A stretch of 52,773 nucleotides of DNA from Nitrospirota bacterium (GCA_040757455.1 JBFLXE010000001.1:1-52773), one strand, 5' to 3'. Shown: positions 7,152 to 18,409, counted from the first letter of the stretch. A program made the numbers and translations. Notes: generated from the sequence alone by a model not told the origin.

Positions 7152-8360
7152 ATGCGTGGATTGAGGCTAATAATTCAATTCATGGTTTTACTAATTGCAG
7201 CGTCACCCGTTCTCGCATCGGAAACGTACCACATCGGATCATCCGAATTACGGGTCATATCTCCACTGGCAGAAGGCGAGACCCCACCCGATGATCGCAG
7301 GATAATCACCAATTACGACCAAAACGATCTCGCGGTGGCCGCGGTCAAAGAGCAGATCACCATCTTCACAGAAAAAATAAAAGAAAAGTTTTCTCTCTGG
7401 CTCAGCAGATCGGGCAAATACATGGAATTGATGAAGACTATTCTTAAGGAACAGAATCTGCCTGAAGAGATCGTCTTTTTACCCCTCATAGAGAGTGGTT
7501 TTAACCCGAATGCTTACTCGCCTGCAAGGGCTGCCGGATATTGGCAGTTTATCGCCTCCACGGCAAAGAGGTACGGTCTTGAAATAAACTGGTGGAGGGA
7601 CGAAAGAAGGGACCCAGAGAAATCGACTCTCGCTGCCGCAAATTATCTGAAGGATCTTTATGACATGTTTGGATCATGGAATCTGGCCATGGCGGCGTAT
7701 AACGCCGGGGAGGGGAAAATACTGAAAGCGCTGAAAAAAACGGAAACAGACGACTACTGGGAGCTTGTGAAAACAGATTATATTAAGAATGAAACGAAAA
7801 ATTATGTTCCCAAGTTCATTGCGGCAAGCTTGATTGCCACCAGTCCTCAAGATTTCGGTTTTGATAACCTCGAGTTTCATCCACCCCTCGAATATGACAG
7901 AGTAACAATCAATTCTCCTCTCGATCTGGATATAATCGCGAAATGCGCCGAAACGTCATTAGGCATCATAAAAGAATTGAATCCGGAACTCAGAAGATGG
8001 TGTACACCACCTGATCTGCCCGAATATACCTTGAGGATACCAGCGGGGAAAATGGATGTTTTTTTCGAAAACCTTGATACGATTCCACAGGAGAAAAGAT
8101 TTTCGATAGACGTTTATAAGGTCAAAAAAGGAGACACCTTTAAGAAAATTTCGAGAAAAACGGGTATTCCCCTTCAGGTTATTCTCGATCTGAATGCTTT
8201 CGAAAAGATGATCCCTCTAAAGGCCGGTATGAAGATATACCTCCCTCCGAAGGGAAAGTTCAAATTGGATACAGAAAAAAAGAAGGGAGTAAAGAAGGCT
8301 TCCTACAAATATAAGAATCGTAAAAAGAAGGCTAAATCCAAAAAAAGGAGGAGGATTTAA
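7152..8360 (+). CDS. lytic transglycosylase (SLT domain) with LysM domain, MltD-like
   Basis: It has a signal peptide, the SLT catalytic region LIESGFNPNAYSPARAAGYWQF...AYNAGEG, and a C-terminal LysM (YKVKKGDTFKKISRKTGIPLQVILDLN). It ends in a poly-Lys/Arg tail. Confidence 0.8.
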   Translation: MRGLRLIIQFMVLLIAASPVLASETYHIGSSELRVISPLAEGETPPDDRRIITNYDQNDLAVAAVKEQITIFTEKIKEKFSLWLSRSGKYMELMKTILKEQNLPEEIVFLPLIESGFNPNAYSPARAAGYWQFIASTAKRYGLEINWWRDERRDPEKSTLAAANYLKDLYDMFGSWNLAMAAYNAGEGKILKALKKTETDDYWELVKTDYIKNETKNYVPKFIAASLIATSPQDFGFDNLEFHPPLEYDRVTINSPLDLDIIAKCAETSLGIIKELNPELRRWCTPPDLPEYTLRIPAGKMDVFFENLDTIPQEKRFSIDVYKVKKGDTFKKISRKTGIPLQVILDLNAFEKMIPLKAGMKIYLPPKGKFKLDTEKKKGVKKASYKYKNRKKKAKSKKRRRI

Positions 8361-9046
8361 CCTTCTTTTTCGTCTGACAACTTTGCCCTTGCCTCACTGA
8401 AAAAAGGAGAGTCTGGAAATCTTGTAGTGAGTTCTTTATACTTTTTCTTTGCATCTTCGGGATTCCCGGACTTCTCAAGAATCCTTCCGTACTCCATGAG
8501 TGCAAAATCCTCATAGATTTGTCCTTTTAAGTTATAAAGACTTTCCAATGCTTTCATAGCCCCATTCGTATCGCCCCTCCTGATGTAGACAGTGGCCATC
8601 TTTCTATAAACGAGAGGCAAGAACTTCTCTGCATCCGGATATCTTTTAACGAACTCCCCGAGCGTCTTCAAGGCATCGTCATACTTGCCGAGTTCATAAT
8701 TGCATGCCGCGACATAGTAAAGTGATATAGGTGATTTCTTTGTATCGTAAGCTTTCCTGAACATATCCATCGCCTTCTGGTAGCGTTCGCCACTATCATT
8801 TTGCGCCTGGTTATGAAAAATTTTGTATGCCCCGTATTCCAACATCCGGGCCTTTTTTTGAAGGTTATGGGAATAGATCATAAACCCGGCAAAGGCGATT
8901 AATATTGCAAGCATTCCGGCAGTCACGAGTAATACTATTTTCTGTCTCTGCCTGAATGTATTTTTCAGTGTACTAAGTCTCTGTTTGACATCTTCTTCGG
9001 TCGTTAACGGTTTCTTGGCAACCCTTTTCTTTATGGCTTTCGGCAT
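8357..9046 (-). CDS. membrane-anchored tetratricopeptide-repeat protein
   Basis: It has an N-terminal TM helix (IVLLVTAGMLAILIAFAGFMIY) followed by TPR-like repeats (ALKTLGEFVKRYPDAEK..., RFPDSPF). Confidence 0.6.
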   Translation of the reverse strand: MPKAIKKRVAKKPLTTEEDVKQRLSTLKNTFRQRQKIVLLVTAGMLAILIAFAGFMIYSHNLQKKARMLEYGAYKIFHNQAQNDSGERYQKAMDMFRKAYDTKKSPISLYYVAACNYELGKYDDALKTLGEFVKRYPDAEKFLPLVYRKMATVYIRRGDTNGAMKALESLYNLKGQIYEDFALMEYGRILEKSGNPEDAKKKYKELTTRFPDSPFFSEARAKLSDEKEG

Positions 9047-9702
9047 CAGTTCCTCCTGAGAGATCTGTCAACAATCATTCGTGAATTCTCGAGAATTGAT
9101 GCAATGCGGCTGTCCTCTATTCCCGAAGCGAGAAGTATCTTTCTGGCGAACTCTTGAGTAATTAAATCTGAAGGGCTGTGGGCATCCGTGTTTACACAGA
9201 GAGGTACCCCAAATCTGACTGCCTCCTTAGCAACGTAGCCGTTCGACAAGGAATGTCCTTTACGGGAAGTTATCTCGAGACTGACACCTTTTTCTTTGGC
9301 AAAAAGAAGATCTTCTTCGGATATGAGGCCTGGATGAGCAAGAATATCTGCGCCAGCATCTATGGCAGCTCGGTTCGTGCCCGCTGAGACAGGCTCAACC
9401 AATGTTTCGCCATGAACAACTACTATCTTCGCTCCGAGGTTTCGGGCCTCCTTGACCAGCTCGGGAATAAGGCGGGGTGGCACGTGAGTAATCTCTACCC
9501 CGGGAATCGCCTCCACGGAGATAAAGGCTTTAATTTTCTCAAGGGCACGTACTATCCTGGAGATTACGTAATCTATGTTCGAAGAATCAACATGATCAGT
9601 GATCGCAATGGCTCTGTAGCCAATCGCTTCGGCTCTCCTGACCAGTTCAGAAGGAATGAGTTCACCATCGCTTAAAAGACTATGAGTATGTAAATCGATC
9701 AT
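9046..9702 (-). CDS. PHP-domain metal-dependent phosphoesterase (histidinol-phosphatase-like)
   Basis: It has the N-terminal IDLHTHS...SDG motif, AITDHVD, and later VVHGE and NTDAH histidine motifs typical of the PHP fold. Confidence 0.7.
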   Translation of the reverse strand: MIDLHTHSLLSDGELIPSELVRRAEAIGYRAIAITDHVDSSNIDYVISRIVRALEKIKAFISVEAIPGVEITHVPPRLIPELVKEARNLGAKIVVVHGETLVEPVSAGTNRAAIDAGADILAHPGLISEEDLLFAKEKGVSLEITSRKGHSLSNGYVAKEAVRFGVPLCVNTDAHSPSDLITQEFARKILLASGIEDSRIASILENSRMIVDRSLRRN

Positions 9703-9754
9703 CGGGTTTCTTAAAGAAAGATAGTGATATTCTATCAGATTTTCGAAAGTTTCG

Positions 9755-10477
9755 TCACATCAATCCTGCTCTGGCAAGGATAAGAACGACAACTTCCTTT
9801 GCCCCTGCTCTCATCAGTTGCATCGAGCATTCCCGCACGGTAGTGCCTGTAGTCATCACGTCATCAACCAGAAACAATTTGAGACCTCTGACATTTCCCC
9901 TTATCTCGAAAGCACCCTTAAGATTTACTAATCTTTCTTTTGCCGGAAGATCTGTCTGTGGCTGAGTCTCTTTTTTCTTGGACAAAACATCCATCAAAAG
10001 GGCGATTTCTTTCTTCTTCGCTATCCTCCTTGCTATAAGAAGAGACTGGTTGAACCCCCTTTTCCTCAACTTCTTGACGTTCAAGGGAACAGGCACAATA
10101 GCGTCCATCTCAGGAAGGTCCATGCTCAGCAGCAAGTCCCCGAGATACCTGGAGAGTCTCCTTATTCCCCCAAATTTGAGCTGGTTGATCGCCTCGGCGA
10201 GACTTCCTTCATAAAGTCCGTAGCTCATGGCTCTGGAAAAAGGGGGAGGACTTTTCATACACTGCCCGCAGAGCTCCGAATATGATGAGGAAAGTGGCAG
10301 CGAACATATCCTGCAGGCAGGACCTTCATATCTTTCTATCTCCGCCCAGCATGAAAGACAAATGGGTGAGTACCGGTATGTATCCGTTTTGCGACCGCAA
10401 AGAGGGCATTTGGATGGATAAAAAATGTCCAGGAAGGCAGTGATCAGGGAGCAGGAACGGTTAGAGGTGTTCCACAT
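9755..10477 (-). CDS. comF: ComF family protein (phosphoribosyltransferase domain)
   Basis: It has N-terminal Cys pairs (CPLCG ... CLSCW ... CRIC ... CGQC) and the C-terminal PRTase motif LVDDVMTTGTT. Confidence 0.8.
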   Translation of the reverse strand: MWNTSNRSCSLITAFLDIFYPSKCPLCGRKTDTYRYSPICLSCWAEIERYEGPACRICSLPLSSSYSELCGQCMKSPPPFSRAMSYGLYEGSLAEAINQLKFGGIRRLSRYLGDLLLSMDLPEMDAIVPVPLNVKKLRKRGFNQSLLIARRIAKKKEIALLMDVLSKKKETQPQTDLPAKERLVNLKGAFEIRGNVRGLKLFLVDDVMTTGTTVRECSMQLMRAGAKEVVVLILARAGLM

Positions 10478-10907
10478 TTACCACACCGAGGATTTTGAGA
10501 TAGTCTGCTCAAAAAGACAACATTCTTAACGCGGCAATTTTTGCAAAAGACTATTTGAAAGTCGGAGGCTTGTTCCTTTCTCTCCGGTCTTGGTTCCCCA
10601 TTAAATGAGCTCACTAAATTCATGAAAGTCTCGTCTCTTTCGATCAGCTCAATGCCCATACCATTCTTGATCGTAGAGACAGGTGTCTTGATTGTCCTTC
10701 TCACAATACCCTTGAGGCGAGATAGCCTGTTGTCAGGCATCACCAGTTCAATATCAATAATGGTATTTGGCGCGAATCCGCGATTCGTTCTGATAAAAAG
10801 ACCTTTTTCTGAGATATTACTCAGTATTCCTCTGTAGCTAAGTCCGCCAGAACTGAAAGAAGCCTGAAGCCTTTTGGTAAATCTCTGATGTTTTCTTTTT
10901 GGACCCA

Positions 10908-10908
<1 letters not shown>
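10444..10908 (-). CDS. PilZ-domain protein with C-terminal zinc ribbon
   Basis: It has the PilZ motifs RKHQR (RxxxR) and NISEKG (D/NxSxxG), with C-terminal CKNC...CGKC. Its 3' end overlaps the comF start by 34 nt. Confidence 0.7.
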
Positions 10909-12206
<1,298 letters not shown>

Positions 12207-12209
12207 TTA

Positions 12210-13787
12210 TTAGATACTTATTCTCTTCACTGAAATGATATTCGGCAGTCTCTTTATCTCATCGATAAGCTCAGGAGAAGCCGGGGCATCTATGCTGACG
12301 ACAGAGATCGCCGTGCCCCCGGGGGTCTCTCTTCCAAAGTGCATTCTTGCAATGTTGATATTGTTTTTCCCCAGAAGCGCACCAATATTCCCGATCACTC
12401 CCGGTCTGTCGTTGTTATACATAAAAAGGAGCTCTCCTTCGGGCACGATCTCTACCTTGAAAGTATCTATCATCACAATGCGGGGATCTCTCTTGCTGAA
12501 GAGAGTACCTGCAAAATAAGTCATCCTGTCCCGTGCCTTTAGCCGGAGACCAACCAGACTCTGATAATCACCACTGTCTGTACTCTTGATCTCCTTCACC
12601 TCGATGCCGCGCTCTTTCGCAATAATCGGCGCATTCACGAAATTAACAGTCTCCTCAAGTATCGGGGTAAGGAATCCCTTTATGATAGCGATGGTTACAG
12701 GCGCGGTGTTGATCTCAGCGGCATCACCCTGGTATTCAATCGTCATCTGAGTAACAGCACCTTCGAATATCTGCGCAGCAAACCCGCCTAATTTCTCGGC
12801 AAGATTTATATAAGGCTGAAGCCTTGCCACCTGATCCGCGGGGATTGACGGGAAATTTACAGCATTCCGAATTGTATTAAACACAAGATAATCAACGACC
12901 TGCTCGGCAACGGCAGTGGCAACATTTTCTTGTGCCTCCTTTGTCGAGGCGCCAAGATGGGGTGTACAGATTACGTTCTCAAGACGGATTAAAGGATTAT
13001 CTTCAGGGGGTTCCTTTTCAAACACATCGAGTGCAGCACCGGCAATCCTTCCATCCAACAGGGCATCATACAGATCCTTTTCGTTTATGATTCCACCCCT
13101 TGCACAATTTATTATTCTGACACCAGGCTTCATAAGACGGATAGTCTCCCTGTTTATCAGGTTTTTCGTCTCCGAAGTCAATGGAGTGTGAATAGTAATA
13201 AAATCAGAGCGTCCGAGCAGTTCTTCAAGGGATACTTTCTCAACACCCATTGCCTTTGCTCTGTCCTCACTGAGAAATGGATCATACGCGATGACATTCA
13301 TATCGAACCCTTGCATTCTCTTCGCAACCTGGCTTCCTATGTTACCTATTCCGATGATTCCGAGGGTCTTGTTAAAGAGTTCTACTCCCATAAATTTCTT
13401 CTTGTCCCATTTTCCTTTTTTCATGGATAGCGTGGCCTGCGGCACAAGCCTTGCCAGCGAAACCATCAATGCGATTGTGTGTTCTGCTGTGGTGATTGTG
13501 TTACCACCCGGAGTATTCATAACGACAATGCCCTTTTTTGTGGCGGCTATCCTGTCAACGTTGTCCAGTCCTGAACCCGCTCGTGCTATAACCTTTAAGT
13601 TCCTTGCAGCTCTTATTATGTCTGACGAAACTTTAGTCGCCGATCTGATTATTAACCCATGATAGTCCCCAATACGTTTCTTGAGATCCTCCGGTTTTAA
13701 GTCCGTCATGACATCAACCTCAAGACCAGCTTTTTTAAGTATTTCAATACACTTTGCCGAAATATTGTCAGTTATAAGAACTCTCAT
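12210..13787 (-). CDS. serA: D-3-phosphoglycerate dehydrogenase (long form with ASB and ACT domains)
   Basis: It has the 2-hydroxyacid dehydrogenase NAD motif GIIGIGNIGSQVA and catalytic HLGAST, is ~525 aa long, and has a C-terminal ACT-like region. Confidence 0.9.
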   Translation of the reverse strand: MRVLITDNISAKCIEILKKAGLEVDVMTDLKPEDLKKRIGDYHGLIIRSATKVSSDIIRAARNLKVIARAGSGLDNVDRIAATKKGIVVMNTPGGNTITTAEHTIALMVSLARLVPQATLSMKKGKWDKKKFMGVELFNKTLGIIGIGNIGSQVAKRMQGFDMNVIAYDPFLSEDRAKAMGVEKVSLEELLGRSDFITIHTPLTSETKNLINRETIRLMKPGVRIINCARGGIINEKDLYDALLDGRIAGAALDVFEKEPPEDNPLIRLENVICTPHLGASTKEAQENVATAVAEQVVDYLVFNTIRNAVNFPSIPADQVARLQPYINLAEKLGGFAAQIFEGAVTQMTIEYQGDAAEINTAPVTIAIIKGFLTPILEETVNFVNAPIIAKERGIEVKEIKSTDSGDYQSLVGLRLKARDRMTYFAGTLFSKRDPRIVMIDTFKVEIVPEGELLFMYNNDRPGVIGNIGALLGKNNINIARMHFGRETPGGTAISVVSIDAPASPELIDEIKRLPNIISVKRISI

Positions 13788-14932
13788 TTGGTCTGCCGGG
13801 CCATGAGTAATTCCTGGGCAACAGCTACTCCTGTGCCAAGTTTCACCGGATAACCCATTCCTTTCAACACCATTTCTATCGCTGCGACGGCTATTATGAT
13901 ATCGAATCTATCCGAATATCCAAAATGTGCGATCCGAAAAATCTTTCCTCTCGCTTTGTCCTGCCCTCCTGCAGCAGTAATTCCATACTTTTCGCGAAGA
14001 TTCTTATATATTGCCTGTCCGTCTATTCCGGCAGGTGCCATGACGGCGGTGACGGCATTAGACGGAGACTCCTTCGAAAAAAGCTCTAATCCGAGCGCCT
14101 CCATCGCCTTCCTCATGGCGTTTGAAAGAGTCTGATGTCTTTTAAAAACATTATCGAGTCCCTCAGCCTGAAGCTTTTTTATACTCTCATTGAGTCCGAT
14201 GATTAGCGTGACAGGCGATGTGAAGTTCGTCTGGTTCTTCGCCAGATTTTCCCGTTCCTTTCTGAAGTTAAAATAAAATTTCGGAAGCTTCGCTGTTTCT
14301 GCCCTTAACCAGGCTTTTTCGCTTACGCTCACGAATGCCAGGCCCGGGGGCAGCATTAGACCTTTCTGAGAACCGCCAACCATTATATCTATGCCCCAGT
14401 CGTCTGTCTTAAGATCGTGCGCGACAAGGGCGCTGATCGCATCGACAATGAACAGTGTCTCTTCGCTTTTTTTTACTACAGACGCAAGGGCGTGAATATC
14501 ATGATATACACCCGTTGATGTCTCGGATGCCTGAACGAATACCCCCCGGATATTTCCTTTCTTAAGCCGTTTATCCACTTCATCCGGCTTTACAGCATAC
14601 CCCCACTCCACGATAATCTCTTCAACATCCAGTCCATAACTCTGACATATCTTTGTCCATCTTTCACCGAATTTTCCACCATTGACCACAAGAACCCTGT
14701 CACCTTTATTGAAGAAATTATTGACAGCTCCAACCATTCCACCTGTTCCGGTTGAGCATAAGATTAGAACATCATTCTTTGTCTGATACAACCACTGAAG
14801 GCCTTTTTTCGCAGAATCAAGCACAGGCAAGAAATCGGGCGAACGGTGGTGTATTATCGGCATCGCCATAGCAAGCAGAACCTCTGCCGGTACGGGCGTG
14901 GGACCGGGTGCCAAAAGATAACGTTTCAACAT
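13784..14932 (-). CDS. class V aminotransferase (serine-glyoxylate / phosphoserine aminotransferase-like)
   Basis: It has LLAPGPTPVP at the N-terminus and GSQKGLMLPPG (PLP-Lys region), and overlaps serA by 4 nt. GAGGAGG sits 5 nt before ATG 14932. The 20-aa N-terminal extension in the track ORF is unlikely to be real. Confidence 0.8.
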   Translation of the reverse strand: MLKRYLLAPGPTPVPAEVLLAMAMPIIHHRSPDFLPVLDSAKKGLQWLYQTKNDVLILCSTGTGGMVGAVNNFFNKGDRVLVVNGGKFGERWTKICQSYGLDVEEIIVEWGYAVKPDEVDKRLKKGNIRGVFVQASETSTGVYHDIHALASVVKKSEETLFIVDAISALVAHDLKTDDWGIDIMVGGSQKGLMLPPGLAFVSVSEKAWLRAETAKLPKFYFNFRKERENLAKNQTNFTSPVTLIIGLNESIKKLQAEGLDNVFKRHQTLSNAMRKAMEALGLELFSKESPSNAVTAVMAPAGIDGQAIYKNLREKYGITAAGGQDKARGKIFRIAHFGYSDRFDIIIAVAAIEMVLKGMGYPVKLGTGVAVAQELLMARQTK

Positions 14933-14953
14933 GATGTCCTCCTCAAGGTTTTT

Positions 14954-14982
14954 ATTATAAATCAGGTAGTAAAAATTGGCAA
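14954..14982 (-). promoter_or_regulatory. near-consensus sigma70 promoter for the aminotransferase-serA-purA operon
   Basis: Read on the minus strand it is TTGCCA, a 17-nt spacer, then TATAAT. The -10 ends 21 nt upstream of the ATG at 14932. Confidence 0.5.
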
Positions 14983-15028
14983 AGCTTAGCATTTAGCATG
15001 GTCATGGCGGTTTGTCAAGGGCCGCTAC

Positions 15029-15058
15029 TTTACAACCTGCTAACACGCTGATTATAAT
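15029..15058 (+). promoter_or_regulatory. candidate sigma70 promoter for htrA
   Basis: TTTACA (15029-15034), an 18-nt spacer and TATAAT (15053-15058). The htrA ATG lies 7 nt downstream with no SD. Confidence 0.45.
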
Positions 15059-15065
15059 TAATTTT

Positions 15066-16541
15066 ATGAATAAGAAAATATTCCTTGCCGCGGCAATTCT
15101 TTTGATTGGATTCCTTCTCGGAGGAGTCACTTTTTATGTGCTGGAGAAGTCCGTAGAACCTCGCGGATACTTCCCGCACGGCCACGGCTTTACTCCGAAT
15201 GTCCCTCGTCAAATAATGGAAACCGGAAGGGCTTTTTCCGACATTGTCAATTCTGTTACGCCTGCTGTGGTAAATATATCAACGACAAAAATTGTGAGAA
15301 GGGAAACCGGAAGCCCCTTCGATGACCCTTTCTTCGATTTTTTCGGACCTTTTCATGACTTCGGGGCTCCAAAGAAATGGAAAGAATGGAGTCTGGGATC
15401 CGGCGTTATAGTCTCGCCAGACGGCTATATAATAACAAATAATCACGTCGTGGAGAAAGCCGACGAGATAAATGTGACCTTGCTTGACAGAAGAACATTT
15501 AAAGGCAAAATTGTAGGAGTCGATCCAAAAACGGACATCGCGATCGTGAAGATAAACACCCACAATCTGCCCACACTCATATGGGGTAATTCTGATACTT
15601 TGCAGGTTGGTGAGTTTGTTTTGGCCATCGGTAGTCCATATGGCTTAAGCCACACTGTCACAATGGGAATAATAAGCGCCGTAGGCAGGGCAAATGTTGG
15701 GATCGCGGACTACGAAGATTTTATACAGACGGATGCAGCCATCAATCCCGGGAATTCGGGTGGTCCACTCGTTAACGTAAGGGGAGAGTTCATTGGAATC
15801 AATACCGCGATATTCTCAAAGACCGGCGGCTATCAGGGAATAGGATTTGCAGTGCCCAGCAATATGGTTCGGCTTATAATGGAGCAATTAATACAAAAGG
15901 GGAAGGTTGTAAGAGGCTGGATCGGTGTTACCATCCAGGAACTGACGCCCGAACTTTCCGAGAAGTTCGGCCTTAAAAGAACACAGGGAGCATTGGTTAG
16001 TGATGTTTCAAAAGGCAGCCCTGCGGCAAGAGCTGGAATTATGAGAGGTGATGTGATAATCGAATTTAATGGAAAGGAAGTAAAAGATGTAAGCGGTCTG
16101 AGAAATTTGGTCGCTCAAAGCAAAGCAGGCACCGCAGTACCTGTAAAAATACTGCGTTCAGGGAAGGAACATACTTTCAAGGTGGCTATTGTGGAATTGC
16201 CAAGAGAGATTGCGGAGATCACGCCGGCGCGTCTACCTGATGAGATCGGTGAAAACCTGCTCACAGGTCTGACCGTAATGGATCTCACGAGGGAGATCAT
16301 AAGACAGCTTGGATTCAATAAGGATGAGAAGGGTGTGATCGTCGTCCAAGTAGAACCCGGAAGCCCCGCTGACGATGCCCAGATTAAAAAAGGTGATATT
16401 ATAAAAGAAATAGATAAGAAAGAAATAGATAACCTGGGCGATTTTAACAGAACTGCCGCGAATTTAAGGAATGACGAGTCGGTTCTTCTTTTTGTGAACA
16501 GAAGCGGCAAGAATTTTTACGTTATCCTCGAGGCGCCTTAG
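15066..16541 (+). CDS. htrA: DegP/HtrA-family periplasmic serine protease with two PDZ domains
   Basis: It has the catalytic triad context (TNNHVV, DIAIVKI, GNSGGPL) and two PDZ-like regions. The signal anchor starts at MNKKIFLAAAILL. Confidence 0.9.
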   Translation: MNKKIFLAAAILLIGFLLGGVTFYVLEKSVEPRGYFPHGHGFTPNVPRQIMETGRAFSDIVNSVTPAVVNISTTKIVRRETGSPFDDPFFDFFGPFHDFGAPKKWKEWSLGSGVIVSPDGYIITNNHVVEKADEINVTLLDRRTFKGKIVGVDPKTDIAIVKINTHNLPTLIWGNSDTLQVGEFVLAIGSPYGLSHTVTMGIISAVGRANVGIADYEDFIQTDAAINPGNSGGPLVNVRGEFIGINTAIFSKTGGYQGIGFAVPSNMVRLIMEQLIQKGKVVRGWIGVTIQELTPELSEKFGLKRTQGALVSDVSKGSPAARAGIMRGDVIIEFNGKEVKDVSGLRNLVAQSKAGTAVPVKILRSGKEHTFKVAIVELPREIAEITPARLPDEIGENLLTGLTVMDLTREIIRQLGFNKDEKGVIVVQVEPGSPADDAQIKKGDIIKEIDKKEIDNLGDFNRTAANLRNDESVLLFVNRSGKNFYVILEAP

Positions 16542-16636
16542 AGAATCTGACCGCAAGTTCCGGTTGTCTTCTTGAAGCGTAAAATTCATTCCCCGATTGT
16601 CGATTTTATTTTTACAAAGAAAGAAGGTGATGGAGA

Positions 16637-17641
16637 ATGTTTCTTATTCTAAGATTTCTCATTTTTTTACTCTTTTTATTTTCAGGGTACATCATGGGCA
16701 TCAAGTATAATTACGGCTATTACGGAGTTTTGATCGGTGGTCTTTTGGGGATGATCGCTAATTTTACAGAAATGCTCTTCAAAAAAGTCGAACTCGGATC
16801 AATCATAGGAGGTCTCCTGGGAATTTCCTGCGGACTTCTTTTCGCTTATCTTCTCGTTCTCCCGCTAAGATTCTTGTTGGGTGAGGACGTCAGAGCTATC
16901 TATTTTGGCCTGATGGCAATTTTCGGATATGGCGGCCTTCTTCTCGGCCTGAGCAAAGGCAAGATGATCTCTCTCGCAAGTATTTTCAGGCTTTTCAGAG
17001 GGCAGGGTGTCGAGGAAAATCTGAAGATTCTTGATACGAGCGTGATTATAGACGGACGTATCGCGGACGTCTGTGAAACTGGCTTCCTCGAGGGAATTTT
17101 TATACTCCCTCAGTTCATTCTGCAGGAGCTGCAGCATATTGCTGACGCCGCGGACCCGATGAAAAGGGCAAGGGGTAGACGGGGACTTGATATCCTCCAC
17201 AGGATGCAGAAGATGCCCCATATCACGGTCAGAATAATCGAAGAAGATTTCCCCAAAATAAAGGAAGTTGACGCCAAACTGGTCGCACTGGCAAAGCTCC
17301 TGAATGCGAAGGTAGTAACAAATGATTTTAATCTTAATAAGGTCGCTGAATTACAGGGCGTATCGGTTCTTAACATTAATGAGCTTGCTAACGCTCTGAA
17401 GCCGGTTGTCCTTCCCGGCGAAACGATAAACGTTTTCATTCTCAAGGAGGGTAAGGAATATAATCAGGGCGTTGCCTACCTTGATGATGGAACAATGGTT
17501 GTTGTCGAAAATGCGAGAAAACTGATCGGCAAGAATTCCGATGTGACCGTGACAAGCGTACTTCAGACCACTGCAGGCAGGATGATATTTTCAAAATTGA
17601 AAGAGGAATATGAGAAAGAAGAAGCCAGATCTACAAAGTAA
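16637..17641 (+). CDS. PIN/TRAM domain membrane protein (YacL-like)
   Basis: It has N-terminal TM helices, a PIN region (ILDTSVIIDGRI ... TNDFNL) and a C-terminal TRAM-like beta region. It sits directly upstream of ispD, as in the yacL-ispD-ispF arrangement. Confidence 0.75.
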   Translation: MFLILRFLIFLLFLFSGYIMGIKYNYGYYGVLIGGLLGMIANFTEMLFKKVELGSIIGGLLGISCGLLFAYLLVLPLRFLLGEDVRAIYFGLMAIFGYGGLLLGLSKGKMISLASIFRLFRGQGVEENLKILDTSVIIDGRIADVCETGFLEGIFILPQFILQELQHIADAADPMKRARGRRGLDILHRMQKMPHITVRIIEEDFPKIKEVDAKLVALAKLLNAKVVTNDFNLNKVAELQGVSVLNINELANALKPVVLPGETINVFILKEGKEYNQGVAYLDDGTMVVVENARKLIGKNSDVTVTSVLQTTAGRMIFSKLKEEYEKEEARSTK

Positions 17642-18397
17642 ATGAAAAAACAATCTGTATACCGTGATGTTATCGCGATCATACCGGCTGCCGGCAAAGG
17701 CGAAAGATTTGGCCCGGGAACAAACAAGCCATTTCATATACTCGGCGGCAAAACCCTCATTCTGTGGTCTCTTGAAGTACTTGAGACTGTAGACGAAATA
17801 GTTGAGATAATTCCTGTGCTAAAGGCCAACGATATCGAGCAAGGGAGAAAAGTCTTTAAGGAAAACAGCCTTTCCAAGATACGGAAGATAGCCCCGGGGG
17901 GACAAGAGAGGCAGGACTCGGTTTATAATGGCCTGAAGCTTGTGAAAAATAGAAATTGTTTGGTGCTCATTCACGATGGTGCCAGACCGTTTATAGAAAA
18001 AGGCCTGATTGAAAAGATAATAAAAGAATTAGTAAACCCTTCTTTGTCCCCATTTATTAAAGGATTAAAAAGGGGCGGGGAAGAAAATAGGAGTTACGAC
18101 GGAGTTATTCTCGGTGTTCCGTTAAAAGATACGATTAAACAGTCAGAAGATGGAATAATAACGAAGACTTTAAAAAGGGATTCATTATGGTCAATACAAA
18201 CACCTCAGTTATTTCCTTACGAAACCATTTTTTCTGCATATAATAAGGCAATGGAAGAAGGATTTTACTCGACAGATGACGCAGCCCTTGTGGAAAGATA
18301 TGGTGGAACGATAAAAGTTATAATGGGGTCGTATAAGAATATTAAAATTACTACCCCGGAGGATATGGATTTAGCAGAATTCCTCATTTCGAAATAG
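17642..18397 (+). CDS. ispD: 2-C-methyl-D-erythritol 4-phosphate cytidylyltransferase
   Basis: It has AIIPAAGKGERFG, HDGARPF, VPLKDTIK and TDDAALVE motifs. It contains an extra ~17-19 aa segment between ARPF and PLKDT. Confidence 0.9.
   Translation: MKKQSVYRDVIAIIPAAGKGERFGPGTNKPFHILGGKTLILWSLEVLETVDEIVEIIPVLKANDIEQGRKVFKENSLSKIRKIAPGGQERQDSVYNGLKLVKNRNCLVLIHDGARPFIEKGLIEKIIKELVNPSLSPFIKGLKRGGEENRSYDGVILGVPLKDTIKQSEDGIITKTLKRDSLWSIQTPQLFPYETIFSAYNKAMEEGFYSTDDAALVERYGGTIKVIMGSYKNIKITTPEDMDLAEFLISK
18034..18092. repeat. decayed palindromic G/C-tract repeat inserted in frame in ispD (encodes NPSLSPFIKGLKRGGEENR)
   Basis: The arms ttctttgtcccc ... ggggcggggaagaa are imperfectly complementary. 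The segment has no counterpart in the E. coli IspD sequence as I recall it. Confidence 0.5.
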
Positions 18398-18409
18398 GAG
18401 CTGATCACG

